NCBI GenBank assembly: GCA_047947115.1
Contig: CP170459.1
Location: 2,624,001-2,688,000, forward strand
Direction: 5' to 3'
DNA length: 64,000 nucleotides
From: Verrucomicrobiota bacterium
GTDB lineage: Bacteria; Verrucomicrobiota; Verrucomicrobiia; Limisphaerales; AAA164-E04
In this document: positions 59,643 through 64,000 of the stretch, piece after piece
Layout of the letters: each line of letters begins with the position of its first letter
Position numbering within the stretch: position 1 is the first letter of the stretch
Notes under the pieces: generated by a model
Database searches by the model: none
What the model saw: the letters and a program-made list of their open reading frames with translations, nothing else
What the model was told of the DNA's origin: nothing
Made by a program: the position numbers and the translations under genes

Positions 59643-60822
59643 TTTTGACGTGGTGATCGTCGGAGCCGGACCGGCCGGATTGTTGTGCGGTCGTATGTTG
59701 GCTGAGGCCGACTACCGTGTGTTGATCCTGGAAGCGCGGTCAAAAGTGGAACACAAGCTCTGCGGTGCCTATCTTTGCCCTTCGGGAGTGCGACTGCTTG
59801 AAGAGGCGGGGCTTTTGCCCGCGATGGAGCAGCGATTTCACCCCGTGCATGGAATGATTCTGCACAGTCCAAACGGGCAGTCGGTGACATCCTATTTTCC
59901 CGAACCACCCAGGAAAAGCCCGAGCCGGCTGCACCATGGCCTGTCACTGGATCGCAAGGCATTCGACACCTTTCTGGCAAAAGAATACTTCGGCGCCGGA
60001 GGGCATCTGGAAATGGGGCAACGCTTGAAGAACATGCATCTCCATGAAAATGGGTGGGAACTGGAAACCGATCAACATCGTCGGATTCGCACCCGTCTGT
60101 TGATCGGCGCAGATGGACGACGCTCCTTTGTGGCCAAACGACTTGGGTTGTCCAAACGATCCAAATCCAAGCGAATGGCAGTGCATGCGTTTATGCCCTC
60201 CATGCAGATGAATCCACGCATGGGGGAAATGCATTTGTTTGATGCCGGAGATTACATCGGATTGAATCCGCTGGACCAGCACATGGTCAACGTGTCCTGG
60301 GTGTGTGATCCGGCGACATTGGAAGGCCGTTCTGCTGAGGAAGCATTGAAGCGGAGAATGAGTGAATCCAAGGCATTGTTGAGCCGTTTTGACCTGTCAC
60401 AGGAACTGGAACTCATGACGACCTCTCCGTTGACACACCGGGTGAACCGGTGTTACGGACCTCGCAGTGCCTTGGTCGGCGATGCCTCCGGGTTCGTGGA
60501 TCCGTTGACAGGTGAGGGGATTTTTGTAGCTCTTGCGACAGCCCGCATGATTGCCTCCCGACTGGTCGCTCAACCCGATTGGGTGATGGGGGATCATATT
60601 GTTCCCATCCTGCAGTCCTACCACCGCGAGCGTAAAAAGGCATTTGCTTCCAAGAAAAGAGTGTCCATGGCCTTTCAGCGGATCATACGATCTCCCCGTG
60701 TCTGCAATGCCATTCAACGATATCTTGCCGCTCGTCAGCAGCGTGCGGACTCATTTATCGGATTGGTTGGCAACGTTTACCAACCACTGAACGGTTTGTG
60801 GCACATGGTCACAGCTTCCTGA
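59635..60822 (+). CDS. Flavin-dependent oxidoreductase (aromatic hydroxylase / geranylgeranyl reductase-like)
   Basis: GAGPAG, KLCG, IGADGRRS, LVGDASGFVDPLTGEGI. AGGAGG RBS; start overlaps the yceI stop. Confidence 0.9.
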   Translation: MTDFDVVIVGAGPAGLLCGRMLAEADYRVLILEARSKVEHKLCGAYLCPSGVRLLEEAGLLPAMEQRFHPVHGMILHSPNGQSVTSYFPEPPRKSPSRLHHGLSLDRKAFDTFLAKEYFGAGGHLEMGQRLKNMHLHENGWELETDQHRRIRTRLLIGADGRRSFVAKRLGLSKRSKSKRMAVHAFMPSMQMNPRMGEMHLFDAGDYIGLNPLDQHMVNVSWVCDPATLEGRSAEEALKRRMSESKALLSRFDLSQELELMTTSPLTHRVNRCYGPRSALVGDASGFVDPLTGEGIFVALATARMIASRLVAQPDWVMGDHIVPILQSYHRERKKAFASKKRVSMAFQRIIRSPRVCNAIQRYLAARQQRADSFIGLVGNVYQPLNGLWHMVTAS

Positions 60823-60864
60823 GAAATCACATTCACAACATACATCACTTATCAAATTCCATTT

Positions 60865-61953
60865 ATGGTTCAATTGAACAACTTTCCCTCCCGCCCCATG
60901 CACGGTACTTACCTTAACCGTGTGGCAACTGCAGTGCCTGATTATGAATGTCATGAGACGTTTCTGAATGGACTCCCCACCATTCTTCCTCCTGAAAAGG
61001 TGAAAAGGCTGCAGCGAGTGGCTTCTCAGAGTCAGATTCAAAAGAGGTATTCGGTCCTCAACCCTCTCATTGGTGAAGCGGATCAGGATGCCTATTATCG
61101 ACCAGGGCGGTTTCCGTCCACCGGGGATCGCATGCAGACATATCGAAAAGAAGCACTGCCGCTTGCATCTCGCGCCATACGTGATCTGAATTTGTCAGAG
61201 GACGAACTGGAGGGTGTGACTCACCTGATCGTCACTTCCTGTACCGGTTTCTATGCTCCAGGGCTGGACATTGAGATCATACGGGAATGGAATCTGTCTC
61301 CGAGCGTGCGCCGGTTGTTGATCACTTACATGGGGTGTTACGCGGCCATCTCCGGATTGCGCGCCGCGCAGGATATCGTTCGGTCTCACCCGGAGGCAAG
61401 GGTGCTGATGGTGAATCTGGAATTGTGCAGTCTGCATCTTCAGGAATCGGCGCCCATGGATCGGTTGATCAGTTTTCTTTTGTTCGCCGATGGTTGTGCG
61501 GCCTCGCTGATCACTGCCGATGATGATGGATTTGAACTCATGGAGTTTCAATCCTCACTCGGTTTGAGTTCCCGAGATCGCATGCAATGGATGGTGGAAG
61601 ATCAGGGCTTTGCAATGACGCTGGATATCAGGGTGCCTTCCTTGATTCAGGAACTGCTGGATCGCGAAAAAGATGCCATTTTTAATCAGATGAGTCCGGA
61701 TCGGATCGGGATGTGGGCGGTGCACCCGGGGGGGCGGGCCATTCTGGATTCCATTCAATCATCATTTGATCTGAATCAATCTCTGATGGAGGCCTCCAGA
61801 GCGGTGCTCAGAGATTTTGGAAACATGTCATCAGCGACAGTCATGTTTGTGCTGGAATCGCTGCTGAAACAAAGGACAGGAACCAGGTCAGAGCCTGGAA
61901 TGGCCATGGCCTTTGGTCCGGGGTTGACCGTCGAATCCATGAGTTTTCGGTGA
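60865..61953 (+). CDS. Type III polyketide synthase (chalcone/stilbene synthase-like)
   Basis: Catalytic triad Cys (YMGCYAA), His (VHPGG) and Asn (FGNMSS); ELCSLH, LFADG, AFGPGLT. Confidence 0.95.
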   Translation: MVQLNNFPSRPMHGTYLNRVATAVPDYECHETFLNGLPTILPPEKVKRLQRVASQSQIQKRYSVLNPLIGEADQDAYYRPGRFPSTGDRMQTYRKEALPLASRAIRDLNLSEDELEGVTHLIVTSCTGFYAPGLDIEIIREWNLSPSVRRLLITYMGCYAAISGLRAAQDIVRSHPEARVLMVNLELCSLHLQESAPMDRLISFLLFADGCAASLITADDDGFELMEFQSSLGLSSRDRMQWMVEDQGFAMTLDIRVPSLIQELLDREKDAIFNQMSPDRIGMWAVHPGGRAILDSIQSSFDLNQSLMEASRAVLRDFGNMSSATVMFVLESLLKQRTGTRSEPGMAMAFGPGLTVESMSFR

Positions 61954-62007
61954 TTCGATGCGCTTGACTTGTTGCATCCTGATTTCAAGTTCCTTTAAGA
62001 TACTCCC

Positions 62008-62703
62008 GTGAGAATTCTGCTGGCTGAAGACGAGTCCAAACTTGCCGCCTTTATTGAACGAGGTTTGAGTGAGGCCTCTTATGCCGTTGACAAGGCCGAG
62101 GATGGGGACGAGGCGCTGTGGTTTGCGGGTAACCATACCTACGATCTGGTCATCATGGATGTCATGATGCCGGGCAAGGACGGTTTTACGGTGGTCCGGC
62201 ATATGCGTCGGCAAGGGTTGGATGTGCCTGTTTTGTTTCTGACAGCTCGGGCTGAAGTCGAAAACCGTGTGCGCGGCCTGGATTCCGGGGGTGACGATTA
62301 TTTGACCAAACCTTTTTCCATGGAAGAGCTGTTGGCTCGTGTGCGCGCCTTGTTGCGTCGGCAGCGCAACCAGCAGGTCAACTTTCTCAAGGTGTCCGGA
62401 TTGGAAATGGACCTGGTGGCGCATGGGGTTCGAATCAATGGGAAAGCGGTCGAGCTGACCAATAAGGAATACGCGTTACTCGAACTGCTCGTTTCCCAGT
62501 CTCCGACACCTGTAACTAAAACTGCCATCGTCGAGAGGGTCTGGAACCAACATTTCGACTCAGGGACGAACCTGATCAATGTTTACATGAATCGGCTCCG
62601 GGGCAAAATTGCCGAAAATGGAGGCGGGCCTTTCATTCAAACCGTGCGTGGAGTGGGGTTCGCGCTGCTCCCTGAAGCCCCAGTGAACGCCCATGACGCT
62701 TAA
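62008..62703 (+). CDS. OmpR-family response regulator
   Basis: ILLAEDE, DVMMPG.DG, FLTAR, DDYLTKPF, winged helix ending IQTVRGVGF. Confidence 0.95.
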   Translation: MRILLAEDESKLAAFIERGLSEASYAVDKAEDGDEALWFAGNHTYDLVIMDVMMPGKDGFTVVRHMRRQGLDVPVLFLTARAEVENRVRGLDSGGDDYLTKPFSMEELLARVRALLRRQRNQQVNFLKVSGLEMDLVAHGVRINGKAVELTNKEYALLELLVSQSPTPVTKTAIVERVWNQHFDSGTNLINVYMNRLRGKIAENGGGPFIQTVRGVGFALLPEAPVNAHDA

Positions 62704-64000
62704 GACTCGTTTAGCCCTGTGGTACGGTGCGACTTTGTCGCTGTTATTCCTTCTGTTGCTGGCTGCTTTCAACTATGTGATTCATTGGCATTCGGTATCC
62801 GGAATGGACAGTCATCTGGACAAAACTTCCGAAAAGGTCAAAGAGATTGCCCAATTGACCCCCACCTTTGAACTACAAGAGCATGTTGAAAGCGAACTGA
62901 ATCAATACTGTGATACAGACGTGCGTGATGTGATGGTGCAGATGCACACGGAAGAAGGCGGCATGCTGTTTACCTCGCACAGTCTGAACAATCAGTTCCT
63001 GCCCGACCTTTCCGGAGCGGTCGAAGAGGGAGGGGATATCAAACGCCTCACCGTCGGGCATTTGCGGGTTTGCGAATATTACTTTTCCGATCTGCATCTG
63101 CAACTGGCGGTGGATGTGGCTTCCTGGGTGGCTCCGGCCCGTCATGTTCATCGCATTTCTGCACTTGCCGTGCCGGTCATTCTTTTCACCTGCTTGATTC
63201 TCGGCTATCTGGTCAGTTCACTCACGTTGCGTCCCTTGACACGCATTCAGAAAGCCGCAGCTTCCATCGATCTGGATTCACTCAATCAACGACTTGAAGA
63301 ACCAAGCGGCCGGGGCGAATTGAGCGATCTGTCCCGACTCTTTAATCAAATGCTTGAACGATTGGAACAGTCCTTCAAGCAAGTCCAACGTTTCACCGCC
63401 GATGCGGCGCATGAAATCAGAACGCCACTGACCGTCATGCGTCTGCAGGTAGAAAAATTGGGGCAACAGCAGCAAATCGATGATTCCACACGGGTGGCCC
63501 TGCAGGATCTCACCGAAGAAATCCTGCGATTGGACGAGGTGTTGGAACATCTGTTGGTATTGGCCAAAGCCGAGGCGGGGGTGCTGCCGTTGACGCGGAA
63601 GGAGATTGAAGTGGCACCTTTCATGGACAGCTTCGCAGAGGACGCCCAGGTGCTTTGCGAGCAGGAACAGCGAACGTTTGTGCTCAAAACAAACGCTTAC
63701 GGCAAGTGTGTCTTCGATGAATCGTGGATTCGTCAGGTTCTGTTCAATCTGCTTTCCAATGCCTTGAAATACAGCCCCCCCAATACCACCATCAGCATGG
63801 ACTCCACTTTGAAAGATCAACGTTGGATGGTTGAAATACGCGATCAGGGGCCCGGTGTTCCGGAGGATCGCCTTTCAAGTATCTTTGAACGATTTGTTCG
63901 GGCTCGACCAGAAGACATGCTCCGGTCCGGATCAGGTCTTGGGCTTGCCATTAGCAAGGGGATTGTCCACATGCATGGTGGAAAATTGATTTGCCACAAC
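62693..64000 (+). CDS. Sensor histidine kinase (truncated by window end; absent from the ORF track)
   Basis: Hand translation from ATG 62693: MTLKTRLALWYG, TM, HAMP, H-box FTADAAHEIRTPL, NLLSNALKY, DQGPG, GSGLGLAI. Confidence 0.93.
   Translation, partial: MTLKTRLALWYGATLSLLFLLLLAAFNYVIHWHSVSGMDSHLDKTSEKVKEIAQLTPTFELQEHVESELNQYCDTDVRDVMVQMHTEEGGMLFTSHSLNNQFLPDLSGAVEEGGDIKRLTVGHLRVCEYYFSDLHLQLAVDVASWVAPARHVHRISALAVPVILFTCLILGYLVSSLTLRPLTRIQKAAASIDLDSLNQRLEEPSGRGELSDLSRLFNQMLERLEQSFKQVQRFTADAAHEIRTPLTVMRLQVEKLGQQQQIDDSTRVALQDLTEEILRLDEVLEHLLVLAKAEAGVLPLTRKEIEVAPFMDSFAEDAQVLCEQEQRTFVLKTNAYGKCVFDESWIRQVLFNLLSNALKYSPPNTTISMDSTLKDQRWMVEIRDQGPGVPEDRLSSIFERFVRARPEDMLRSGSGLGLAISKGIVHMHGGKLICHN

Overview
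Bacterial DNA, most likely Verrucomicrobiota (inferred from a PEP-CTERM protein, a CotH/lamin-tail protein, a DUF1080 domain, the L33 sequence style and GTAG-type REP elements). Bases 1-18426 look like the right end of a tRNA-integrated genomic island. It carries two giant repeat adhesins, a dead IS1634 interrupted by an intact IS21, and a tyrosine integrase next to a duplicated tRNA 3' end (att site). Core chromosome follows: a CotH protein, cysI-cysH-cysC-cysD-cysN, rpsP-khpA-trmD-rplS and dksA-rpmG-rpsR. Next come secreted enzymes, a frameshifted tandem-LamG surface protein, a 3x ~220 bp REP-flanked repeat array, a MacB-type ABC exporter and two adjacent genes with single in-frame TAA stops. 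The window ends with the most interesting locus: a compact biosynthetic operon (B12-binding radical SAM, YceI, flavin-dependent oxidoreductase, type III PKS). It is divergent from a complete RND efflux pump and followed by a two-component system. All family assignments come from motif recognition by eye; no database searches were run.
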